Below are positions 28,526 to 36,285 of a stretch of 64,000 nt of DNA, in pieces. Both the position numbers and the translations under genes were made by a program. The stretch lies in IMG/VR virus record IMGVR_UViG_3300029825_000004. The stretch is one strand, 5' to 3'. The notes beneath the pieces were generated by a model that saw only the letters and a list, made by a program, of their open reading frames with translations, did no database searches and was not told the DNA's origin. Every line of letters begins with the position of its first letter. Positions within the stretch are counted from its first letter, which is position 1. The DNA is from a virus.

Positions 28526-29659
28526 CTAGGCGTTAGTTGTCAGGGTCTTTACCACATCGGGGAACAGGGTAGCAAAGCCGGTTACTTGAGACAGCACGAT
28601 AGTCTCAAACTGGCTCTTAATCATGCGGTCAGTTTCCACAATGTCAGCACCGATTTCAGTTACCTGCTCAAGCGCATATTTCGGGTCAATAACCAGAACT
28701 TTATTCTCAATAGTGGACGAAGGCAGATATACGTAACGCATCGGACCGGAGAATACATTCTGAGCCAGATTTGCACCACCACCGACAGGAGTTCCGCCGT
28801 TCATGGATGCCACCAGGGTAAGCGGATCTATAACCGGGGGCTGAATGCCCAATACTTTAATGAGCTGAGTTTCATCCACAATGGCAGTGGTGCCCTTATA
28901 CGGATAGAATTTCAGCCGGAATTTCAGCCAGCTTTCCCAATCTATGCCGTCGGCCACAACGCCACCGAGTGCAGTCAGGTTGTAGTTAGTCGCAGCGGTA
29001 TTGGCGTTACCGTCACCGCTAATCAGGACGTTAACAGCTCTTTCTGCAAGGTCAAGTCCGGTCTGCTGGAGAATACCCTCAATCAACCGAGCCAGCATAT
29101 CAATGCGAATGCGACGTACATATTCATAAGACATATCAATCGCGCGGCCCTCTTTGTTAAGGGTTACTGAATGCTCATGCCCAGTAATGGTAGTGGTCGG
29201 AATCTCTGCGCCCTGTGCAACGCGTTTCTTCTGTTTTGCGGCAGTGGACAGGTCTACATAAAAGGTTTTATAAGCGTTGCCCTGAATCGGGGTTTTAATT
29301 GCCACCAGTTCATTCAGAATGTCGGGGGCGGTCATAGCCTGCCGGGCAGTCCGGTTAATAAATTCGGGGAATAAAACGTCGGAGCTTGAAGTGCCGAGGA
29401 AGAATTTATCCACGGTATCAGCATACATGCCCTTTGCCGGGTCACTCTTGGTCTGAATACCATTAGCCAGCATTTGCCGTTCAAAGGCATCAAGTTGCCC
29501 CAACCAAGCATCATTGCCTACATACTGATTAGAAGGGTCAAGAATCTCCAAGTGCTGAGACAGGGTTCTGCCTTCTTTGTAGGCTTCTTTATAAACATTA
29601 GTTCCGGTTCCTGCCAGTTGGTCAGCTAGTCCGCGGAATCCATTAGGTTTAGTTTCCAT
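28526..29659 (-). CDS. Major capsid protein (HK97 fold)
   Basis: KRVAQGAEIP, KEGRAIDMSYE motifs; after scaffold and decoration genes. Confidence 0.88.
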   Translation of the reverse strand: METKPNGFRGLADQLAGTGTNVYKEAYKEGRTLSQHLEILDPSNQYVGNDAWLGQLDAFERQMLANGIQTKSDPAKGMYADTVDKFFLGTSSSDVLFPEFINRTARQAMTAPDILNELVAIKTPIQGNAYKTFYVDLSTAAKQKKRVAQGAEIPTTTITGHEHSVTLNKEGRAIDMSYEYVRRIRIDMLARLIEGILQQTGLDLAERAVNVLISGDGNANTAATNYNLTALGGVVADGIDWESWLKFRLKFYPYKGTTAIVDETQLIKVLGIQPPVIDPLTLVASMNGGTPVGGGANLAQNVFSGPMRYVYLPSSTIENKVLVIDPKYALEQVTEIGADIVETDRMIKSQFETIVLSQVTGFATLFPDVVKTLTTNA

Positions 29660-29687
29660 TATCAAGTCACTTCCTTTCAATTGTTCA

Positions 29688-29721
29688 GAAAACACAAAAA
29701 CCCGTCGAATATGACGGGTTT
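29688..29721 (-). terminator. Intrinsic terminator upstream of MCP
   Basis: AAACCCGTC-ATATTC-GACGGGTTT followed by TTGTGTTTT. Confidence 0.65.
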
Positions 29722-29744
29722 ACAGTTTTTAGTTGTCGGCTAAA

Positions 29745-30131
29745 TTAACCGAGTTTCACAATAGCCTTGTGGTTGGTTGCATCAACAGCAACGGCACGAA
29801 CACCAGTAGCGGCAGCGGCCAATGCTCCTTTACCGGCACCGTCCAACTCTACCCAAGAGCCGTTGGTTACTTCATTGGATGCGGTTGCATTGTGCTCAAT
29901 GTCAATTTCGGCATAACCTTTGTCCTGAACACCTACGGCATCGGTTTCAAATACCTTTAATACCCCAAAAGGAACACCGGCATCTGCGCCCAGTCCCCAT
30001 TCTCCAATACCGGAGATAGTGCCAAGTTTGCCAATATCGGTAGCAGCGATACCAGTTTCAGGGACAAGGGTAATCGCGTGAAAACCGATGTTTAAAAGTC
30101 TTTCTTTAGCTTCCGCATAAGTCATAGCCAT
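29745..30131 (-). CDS. Capsid decoration / cement-like protein
   Basis: Gly/Ala-rich beta-tulip-like pattern just before MCP. Confidence 0.6.
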   Translation of the reverse strand: MAMTYAEAKERLLNIGFHAITLVPETGIAATDIGKLGTISGIGEWGLGADAGVPFGVLKVFETDAVGVQDKGYAEIDIEHNATASNEVTNGSWVELDGAGKGALAAAATGVRAVAVDATNHKAIVKLG

Positions 30132-30153
30132 CTAATATACACTTCCTTTCAAA

Positions 30154-30606
30154 TTAAAGTACACGGTAGTAAATTTCATAACTACCTTTTAGTCCAGCAC
30201 TCGCGCCACCAGCAACCACGGAAGCAGTTACCCATTTACCTTTAGCAAGTCTCTGGGCAGCTTTGCCGTTAGTACCAGCCGACTCAAGGTTGGTGAAGGT
30301 TCCAGAGGCGGCATTAATATCCTTGCCGTCAATCAGGTTGTCACTGGAAGTAGTCGCATTGGTTGCGGTTGTGCCTACATCAGCAGAACATGCGCCGGTA
30401 GTTTTGGTGGTTACCACAAGGGCAACGTGCTCAACGATAATATCTCCATCTTCCGGGTTTGCCCAGGAGAATATACCGCCGCCAGTGTCTACGGCAGCCA
30501 GCGCACCAGTAACCTTTTTAAGCGCACCACGGTTAAGTTCGTCGGCACTTGCGGCTACTTCTTTACCCTTAATTTTAAGTCCATTGATTTTAATACCAGT
30601 TTTCAA
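30154..30606 (-). CDS. Virion structural protein (head-associated)
   Basis: Gly/Ala/Thr-rich beta protein in head operon. Confidence 0.55.
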   Translation of the reverse strand: MKTGIKINGLKIKGKEVAASADELNRGALKKVTGALAAVDTGGGIFSWANPEDGDIIVEHVALVVTTKTTGACSADVGTTATNATTSSDNLIDGKDINAASGTFTNLESAGTNGKAAQRLAKGKWVTASVVAGGASAGLKGSYEIYYRVL

Positions 30607-30618
30607 TCTTGCACCCCC

Positions 30619-32025
30619 TTACCTTCCTACTTTGTAGAGTTCGGGGTCAACCGCCTGTTGGAGTCCACCTTCCGGCAGGTGCAAGTCCTCGCCCTTTGTT
30701 CTTGAAGGCGGGATACCGAGTTTAGCCAGAGCTGAATTTTCCCATGCCTCGCCCATCTCCTTGATTTCGTCAATGGACAGGTTAGCGAACATCTTCTTAT
30801 AGGTTTCCTCTTTGAAGTCGTTCTTCTGGTCGCGGACACCGGATGCAAGAGCGGCCGTGATTACATCCTCACGATATTTGTTGCCCAAGTCGGCAAGGGG
30901 AGTCAGTTCAGCTACCTTCGCAGTCAGTTCGGCAACCTCGGTATTCTTGGATTCCACGTCAAGCTTGAACTGTTCGTTTTCCTTGGTCAGGGCGTCAATC
31001 TGCCCTTCCAGAGCCAGTTTTTCTTTTTCGTCCACTTGGTTTTCACTTCCTTTCTTTGATTTGGCCTTTAGGGCCTCGTTTAAGGTTCCGTCAAGCGCAT
31101 CTGCCATTAAGTGCTCGTGTCCTGCGTCTAATAGTTCTTTCACGCACTCTTTATGTTTTGCGGTCAACTTCGCCATTGTCCAACCTTCGGGTAATTCCTC
31201 TTCTGAATACATTTGGTGGTACAATTGATGCAGCTCGCTTGCATCACGTAGATTCTCGCTTTCAATCTGGAATGTCGCTGAGGTTGAGGATAAACAACAA
31301 AAAACCGGTGCGTCTTTGTTCACCAGCTTTAGGTCTGCTATGTTGTTGAGCTTTACCATCTTTTCAGTGTTCGGCGGTTTTTCACCACTTGCTGAAAGTC
31401 CCAATACCCCTGCATCGGGATAAGCCCCAGCGCAGACGATTGAGTTTTCTATCATGCAACTGTTATCTGGACGTGGCGGAGGCGCAGGTTTTGCTATTAC
31501 AGTGCATAACACTTCTTCGCCATCATCCTTATAAACTCTACCGGGATAATGCCTACAGTTCTCATAGTCCCTTATGTCGTTATGGCAAATAGAACATTCG
31601 GAATATCCCCATGATACTGATACAGAGCTATCATGCAGTATACCAGCATCTATCTGTTGGCTAATATCGTCGGTTGTAAAATCCTGAATGTAGGTCTTTG
31701 CTCCTTTTGGCATGAACATATTGCCATCTAACTGTACCTTGTCGCCATCACTTACAAGTTCACCTTCAAAGAACCGCCCAAAAGGGAGAGTTATTTTCTC
31801 GATAAATCCATTACCGAAACTATGGTCGGCTATCTGCGCTACATCACCATTATTGACGTTATTAAGGTATATTTCTAACAGTGAAGGGTCAAACTGTAGA
31901 TACCTTGAAGGAATATAGCCAGTTCCTAAAAGTCGGAACGGATGAACATACACATCATCGGCACTTAGCGGAGTTTTTGCGAATTTATTTATCTTGGACA
32001 ACTGTTCAGGGGTAGGTCTTGCCAT
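30619..32025 (-). CDS. Prohead protease fused to scaffold
   Basis: IADH, DSSVSVS, ENSIVCAGA protease motifs; C-terminal coiled coil. Confidence 0.8.
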   Translation of the reverse strand: MARPTPEQLSKINKFAKTPLSADDVYVHPFRLLGTGYIPSRYLQFDPSLLEIYLNNVNNGDVAQIADHSFGNGFIEKITLPFGRFFEGELVSDGDKVQLDGNMFMPKGAKTYIQDFTTDDISQQIDAGILHDSSVSVSWGYSECSICHNDIRDYENCRHYPGRVYKDDGEEVLCTVIAKPAPPPRPDNSCMIENSIVCAGAYPDAGVLGLSASGEKPPNTEKMVKLNNIADLKLVNKDAPVFCCLSSTSATFQIESENLRDASELHQLYHQMYSEEELPEGWTMAKLTAKHKECVKELLDAGHEHLMADALDGTLNEALKAKSKKGSENQVDEKEKLALEGQIDALTKENEQFKLDVESKNTEVAELTAKVAELTPLADLGNKYREDVITAALASGVRDQKNDFKEETYKKMFANLSIDEIKEMGEAWENSALAKLGIPPSRTKGEDLHLPEGGLQQAVDPELYKVGR

Positions 32026-32029
32026 AAAT

Positions 32030-32251
32030 CTAAGTCACCTCCTTGTTAATAGACACTTTGACGCTATTAAAGGCATCCACATAACAAACCGCCATTAAAC
32101 AATCCGGCGGCAAGCTATCAAATTCACCAGAAGCATAAACCGCCTGAACATCCAAGCCGTTTAATACAAAAGAATTGTCTCTGCGATCCCGCCATTTTGC
32201 TATGGCATCATCAAGGTATTCGTTTATTTGCTGAAGGTTCAAGTTTCTCAC
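32030..32251 (-). CDS. Hypothetical protein
   Basis: 73 aa ORF, AGGTAGG RBS. Confidence 0.5.
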   Translation of the reverse strand: MRNLNLQQINEYLDDAIAKWRDRRDNSFVLNGLDVQAVYASGEFDSLPPDCLMAVCYVDAFNSVKVSINKEVT

Positions 32252-32387
32252 CTACCTTTAAGTCCATTGTTACAGGCTTGCCGCCATAACTGCACTTCTT
32301 CAAAACGTCCATAATTTCATCATCACGAAGTTTTTTCTTTGCTTCTATGACTGCTTTGTCAATCTCGCTTTGTGTTGCTAAACCCAT
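32211..32387 (-). CDS. Hypothetical protein (58 aa)
   Basis: Hand translation MGLATQSEIDKAVIEAKKK...; GGTAGGTGA RBS. Confidence 0.5.
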   Translation of the reverse strand: MGLATQSEIDKAVIEAKKKLRDDEIMDVLKKCSYGGKPVTMDLKVGEKLEPSANKRIP

Positions 32388-32395
32388 TTAATCAC

Positions 32396-32686
32396 CTACC
32401 CTAATACTTCATATGGGCAACCCGCTGTTACTGCCTTAGCTATTGTCGCAAAGGTCAACGTGTTTCCCAAACTAGCCGTTATAGTGCAGTAATAGTCAAC
32501 GCCATCAATAGTTACTTTGGCAATTTTGCCCTTGTATAAGTCAGCTTCAAAGCTTTTAGTTGTATCAATTATTGTGGTAGTCGTCCCACCCGTTGCTACG
32601 CTACGCACCGATACGAGTCTAACAGAAGGAATTATCTCATCATTAAACCACTCATAAGCCTGTTGGCTGTAATCTTTAAAACTCAT
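32396..32686 (-). CDS. Hypothetical virion-associated protein
   Basis: 96 aa Thr-rich beta protein after portal. Confidence 0.55.
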   Translation of the reverse strand: MSFKDYSQQAYEWFNDEIIPSVRLVSVRSVATGGTTTTIIDTTKSFEADLYKGKIAKVTIDGVDYYCTITASLGNTLTFATIAKAVTAGCPYEVLG

Positions 32687-32701
32687 GTTTCACCTTCCTT
32701 T

Positions 32702-34153
32702 CTATTGGTTCGCTGGGGGACTGCCATGACGTGGATAATCTTCTGCTTGTCCACCGCGTTCTTCACGAGCCTTGCGTTCTTCTACGAGTGCTTCCCAATC
32801 TTCAGGCATCCCAATTTCGCCCAATAACTGTCTATGCCTTTGTATTTCCTCGAAGTCGGTGATAGCACCGCGCATACGAGCAGTAATTATAATGTCCTGC
32901 CTTGTCTGCAATTCAGCCACTACCTGCAATTCGCTTCTTAGGTCTACTGGCGCAAATTCTACGTCTACCCAACCTCTAACACCTTCTAGGTTTAATGCCA
33001 TCGTTAAAGCGCGTTCTAGCAGGTTTTCGACTACTTGTTGCACCGATTCTATTCCACGAGAATAGAGTTTTAATTCAGCAGCATAGGATTCTTTAGAAGT
33101 GTCTGCGCTTATGCCGATAATAGAGGATAAGGTTTTAAGCGCAGCAGCAAGTGATTTGTTGATCGTGTTTATTACTGCATCAACCCTAATGGTGCTACCT
33201 GCGCCGCCCTTGCCGACTAAATCTAAATCTGCACTATCCCACAGAACAGGTATGGCATCAGGCTCCAAGTTTCGCATAGAAGTCTGAACGTCAAGCCTTA
33301 TCTTATCCATCCATTCTTTATACTTAACAGGGTCATTCTGAATGTGGATAGGCGCGTTCTTTTTGGCTATTTCCTCAAGAAGCTTAATCCTCATACGAGG
33401 ATAGCCGGTTTGATGAACCGCTGCCTGCAAGTCGTTCAAGAATCCTATCTGCCATGCCACTATCTGAATTAGCGATATTAGCGGGCTTGCCCCATAAGGG
33501 TCATCGGGCGCAGGGTCTAACGGCTGATATATGATTGTCGGATAGTCAATCTTTGTATAACCCATACTGCCAGGTATTGTCTGCTTCTGATATGGCACTA
33601 ATCGCCCGTTTTCAGTCTTAAAGTAAAGTGTTGCGCTGTCAAAAACCTGTAGCCTATCCATCCTACCGATAGAGTTTAAAACTAATTCGCTACCAGCACC
33701 GCCGCGCATCATCACGTTTAAGAGCAGTTGGCCGCTTATTAAGTCAATTCCCCTAGCTTCTTGGAAGTGATTGCCGTTATTGGCATGGTTGAGCTTCCAT
33801 ATCAAGCCGTCTAGCACCTTTTGACCGCGTTTACTATCTTCACCCGTCACCGTTTTAGCTTTAAAGGTAAGTGTGGAATTGGCTACTCGCAGGAATTGCC
33901 AGATACTAAAGCTGGTTTCTGGATGGTTGTGTCGCAACAAGTCCAGCAGGTCATTTGTGCTATGGTTTTTGAATTGAGTTATGTCTAACTGCCTTGTCTG
34001 CTCGAATTTTCTAGGCATAAAGGCAAAGTTTAAATACCTTGCCATAGGATATTGTTCTGTTTTAGCTGTACCCGAAGATGGGGGATTATCGGGACTTCTA
34101 GCTTGCTCTTTTGACTTCGCAAATATCGCAAAGGGATTTTTCAATAATATCAC
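32702..34153 (-). CDS. Portal protein
   Basis: DDPYGASPL motif, 483 aa, directly after TerL. Confidence 0.85.
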   Translation of the reverse strand: MILLKNPFAIFAKSKEQARSPDNPPSSGTAKTEQYPMARYLNFAFMPRKFEQTRQLDITQFKNHSTNDLLDLLRHNHPETSFSIWQFLRVANSTLTFKAKTVTGEDSKRGQKVLDGLIWKLNHANNGNHFQEARGIDLISGQLLLNVMMRGGAGSELVLNSIGRMDRLQVFDSATLYFKTENGRLVPYQKQTIPGSMGYTKIDYPTIIYQPLDPAPDDPYGASPLISLIQIVAWQIGFLNDLQAAVHQTGYPRMRIKLLEEIAKKNAPIHIQNDPVKYKEWMDKIRLDVQTSMRNLEPDAIPVLWDSADLDLVGKGGAGSTIRVDAVINTINKSLAAALKTLSSIIGISADTSKESYAAELKLYSRGIESVQQVVENLLERALTMALNLEGVRGWVDVEFAPVDLRSELQVVAELQTRQDIIITARMRGAITDFEEIQRHRQLLGEIGMPEDWEALVEERKAREERGGQAEDYPRHGSPPANQ

Positions 34154-34159
34154 CTGCCT

Positions 34160-35812
34160 TTACCAATTCACTGAAACACCGCAAATATCGGGCATCAAAG
34201 TATGCTCAAAGTCTGTCTGCACTTGATGGAATAATGCCGCTACCATTTGCAATGCTTCCGGCTCATCATCATATTTCAATGAACCCAAATAAATAAGCCC
34301 CTCAATGAGGGACTGTTGTGACTTATGAAATTTGATGTAGCCGTTTATTATCATCGGTTGTAACTGCGCTTTTATCCTAGAATGTTTATCCCCTCTAGGT
34401 TTCGGCTCTGTTACGATATTCAAGTAAGTACCATTTTTTGCTGATGCTTTTTGGACATTACCTGCAAAATATTCTTGATAGGCTACACCTTCAATGTAAA
34501 ATTCTTGATAGTTAAATCTTATCTGCTTATCGAATATATCTAATATCTGTTGGTCGGGTGAACGCCTGCGGGCATCAGTTTCTACCACATAAAGATAACC
34601 GTTCTTATCCCTTGCCATAGTGCAGATAGAAGACAGGTCACTCTTTTCGTTCTTCCCTAAAGAGGGGTCTAATGCACCCTTTATGATACATTCCGATAAG
34701 TCAGGCAGGTATTCATAGTACTGAAAGTCATCGGGTGTAATCCAAGCTGTATCGGGGTCAATCGGCTCATTCTGATATTCAGAGTTATAAGCAGCAGGTC
34801 CCAAGTCGATTAGTTTTCTCTTATAATAGTAAATATCCTTAGCTTGAGGCCATATAACTTCTGAACCAGCTTCCATTTCTTCTTTGTGTTCTAAAAAGAA
34901 TTTATAAGCATCTTCCACATTGTTTGGATTAGACTTATCGGTATAAATATCTTTCCAATCAATCCATAATGGGCTATCATTATCCTTTATTACTGCCTTG
35001 TATTTTTTAGTTCGATAACCCGGTTTCTGTAAAAGATTATTTAAAAGGCTATCGTAATGCAAAATTGTCCCAATGACCACCACATCGGTTTTCTTTGAAC
35101 CTGCGTTCATCACAACCTTGTTAAACCAGTTCATCAAATACTTGCGCTGGTCTGGACTTCTAACGTTTTCGTCATTCTCAATATCATCAAGGATTATTAA
35201 ATCAGGCCGGTATTGTTTGTGTTTGATACCACGAACCTTTTTTCCTGAACCCTTAGCAACTATCAAAACATCGTTTTTAAGCAAAATAGCATCAGTTTTC
35301 CATGTAGTTTGTCCTTTGAGCTTACCGAAATCTTCTAGTATGTATTCGTTTTCCTCTAATGCGGTTTTCACTTGCTTTAAGTCATCTATTGCTTGCTCAC
35401 TACTATCTGAAATCAATACTATATAATGCTTTTTGCCGTATACAGCATTATTAGCCGTATAAATCGTATTCCAAGAAGTAGACTTCGCAGATTCACGAGG
35501 GGCAGCTATGATAACTGTTTCGCCGCCACCACTTTTCTCTATCCTCCGCATTTCCGCATATTGCTCATGGTGAAATTCACATGGCGGTAAAGAACAGTAT
35601 TCGGGGAAATATGCTCTACCGAAAAATTCGTAGTCTATGTCCCCTAACTGCTTTCTCAATCCATACGGGCCAGTCAAAGGCAGTCCATGGCTAATTATGT
35701 TACCTGCTTTATCCCTTATTGGTCTGTCTGCCATTTCCTGTATTTGTTCTTCGGTAAAATGCTTCGGCAAGTATTCAAATATTAAATCAGCTAAATACTG
35801 CTCATAATCCAT
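34160..35812 (-). CDS. terL: Terminase large subunit
   Basis: Walker A APRESAKST, Walker B LIILDDIE, VIGTILH, nuclease ALDPSLG; ATG at 35812. Confidence 0.93.
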   Translation of the reverse strand: MDYEQYLADLIFEYLPKHFTEEQIQEMADRPIRDKAGNIISHGLPLTGPYGLRKQLGDIDYEFFGRAYFPEYCSLPPCEFHHEQYAEMRRIEKSGGGETVIIAAPRESAKSTSWNTIYTANNAVYGKKHYIVLISDSSEQAIDDLKQVKTALEENEYILEDFGKLKGQTTWKTDAILLKNDVLIVAKGSGKKVRGIKHKQYRPDLIILDDIENDENVRSPDQRKYLMNWFNKVVMNAGSKKTDVVVIGTILHYDSLLNNLLQKPGYRTKKYKAVIKDNDSPLWIDWKDIYTDKSNPNNVEDAYKFFLEHKEEMEAGSEVIWPQAKDIYYYKRKLIDLGPAAYNSEYQNEPIDPDTAWITPDDFQYYEYLPDLSECIIKGALDPSLGKNEKSDLSSICTMARDKNGYLYVVETDARRRSPDQQILDIFDKQIRFNYQEFYIEGVAYQEYFAGNVQKASAKNGTYLNIVTEPKPRGDKHSRIKAQLQPMIINGYIKFHKSQQSLIEGLIYLGSLKYDDEPEALQMVAALFHQVQTDFEHTLMPDICGVSVNW

Positions 35813-35830
35813 GCAACCACCACCCAATAC

Positions 35831-35863
35831 AACAAAAAAACCACCGACATAAAGCCGATGGTC
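35831..35863 (-). terminator. Intrinsic terminator after tRNAs
   Basis: GACCATCGGC-TTTAT-GTCGGTGGTT followed by T-run. Confidence 0.65.
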
Positions 35864-35879
35864 ACTAATCGAATTATTA

Positions 35880-35956
35880 TGGAGCCGACTAGAAGGACTT
35901 GAACCCCTAACTTGATGTTTACAGGACATCCGCTCTACCAATTGAGCTAAGTCGGC
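35880..35956 (-). tRNA. tRNA-Thr(UGU), non-canonical (C33, bulged T-stem)
   Basis: GCCGACT acceptor, D arm GCTC/GAGC, anticodon loop CCTGTAA, TTCAAGT loop, encoded CCA. Confidence 0.8.
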
Positions 35957-35959
35957 ATA

Positions 35960-36035
35960 TGGCAGGAGTGACAGGACTCGAACCTGCATATCAACGATTA
36001 ACAGTCGTTTGCCTTACCAAATCGGCTACACTCCT
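35960..36035 (-). tRNA. tRNA-Asn(GUU)
   Basis: AGGAGTG/CACTCCT acceptor, loop CTGTTAA, TTCGAGT loop, G73 discriminator, CCA. Confidence 0.92.
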
Positions 36036-36081
36036 ACATTGCCGTTGCTTAGGCTCAACGGCTAAAGCCTACGCATTTCAG

Positions 36082-36202
36082 GTGAGCAGTCCGGGGACTT
36101 GCACCCCGGAACGGTTATGGCTTGTGCAGTCATAGGCGGGACACATCCTCGTGCATATCCCCCCATAACCTCTTTTAGCGTCTATCTTTCGCCACTGCTC
36201 AC
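36082..36202 (-). ncRNA. tRNA-like RNA with greatly expanded central arm
   Basis: GTGAGCAGT/ACTGCTCAC closing stem, D-like GCG/CGC hairpin, GGTTATGG/CCATAACC arm, CCGGGG-TGCAAGT-CCCCGG T-like arm. Confidence 0.7.
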
Positions 36203-36285
36203 TAATTCAGGTAAATATTAAACGGGTATTCTCTCACCTAACGGGTGTCGTTGCTGAATAAATCAGTATCATTGAGGATAGCCGT

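Noticed and set aside
2872-35426. Many antisense ORFs of 60-190 aa in the track (for example 9801-10283, 28586-29170, 30812-31228)
   Set aside because: They lie fully opposite well-supported genes, lack RBSs and have no recognisable motifs.
35813-35989. N-terminal extension of the terminase ORF in the track (609 aa)
   Set aside because: It runs through tRNA-Thr and a terminator; the ATG at 35812 gives a normal-size TerL.
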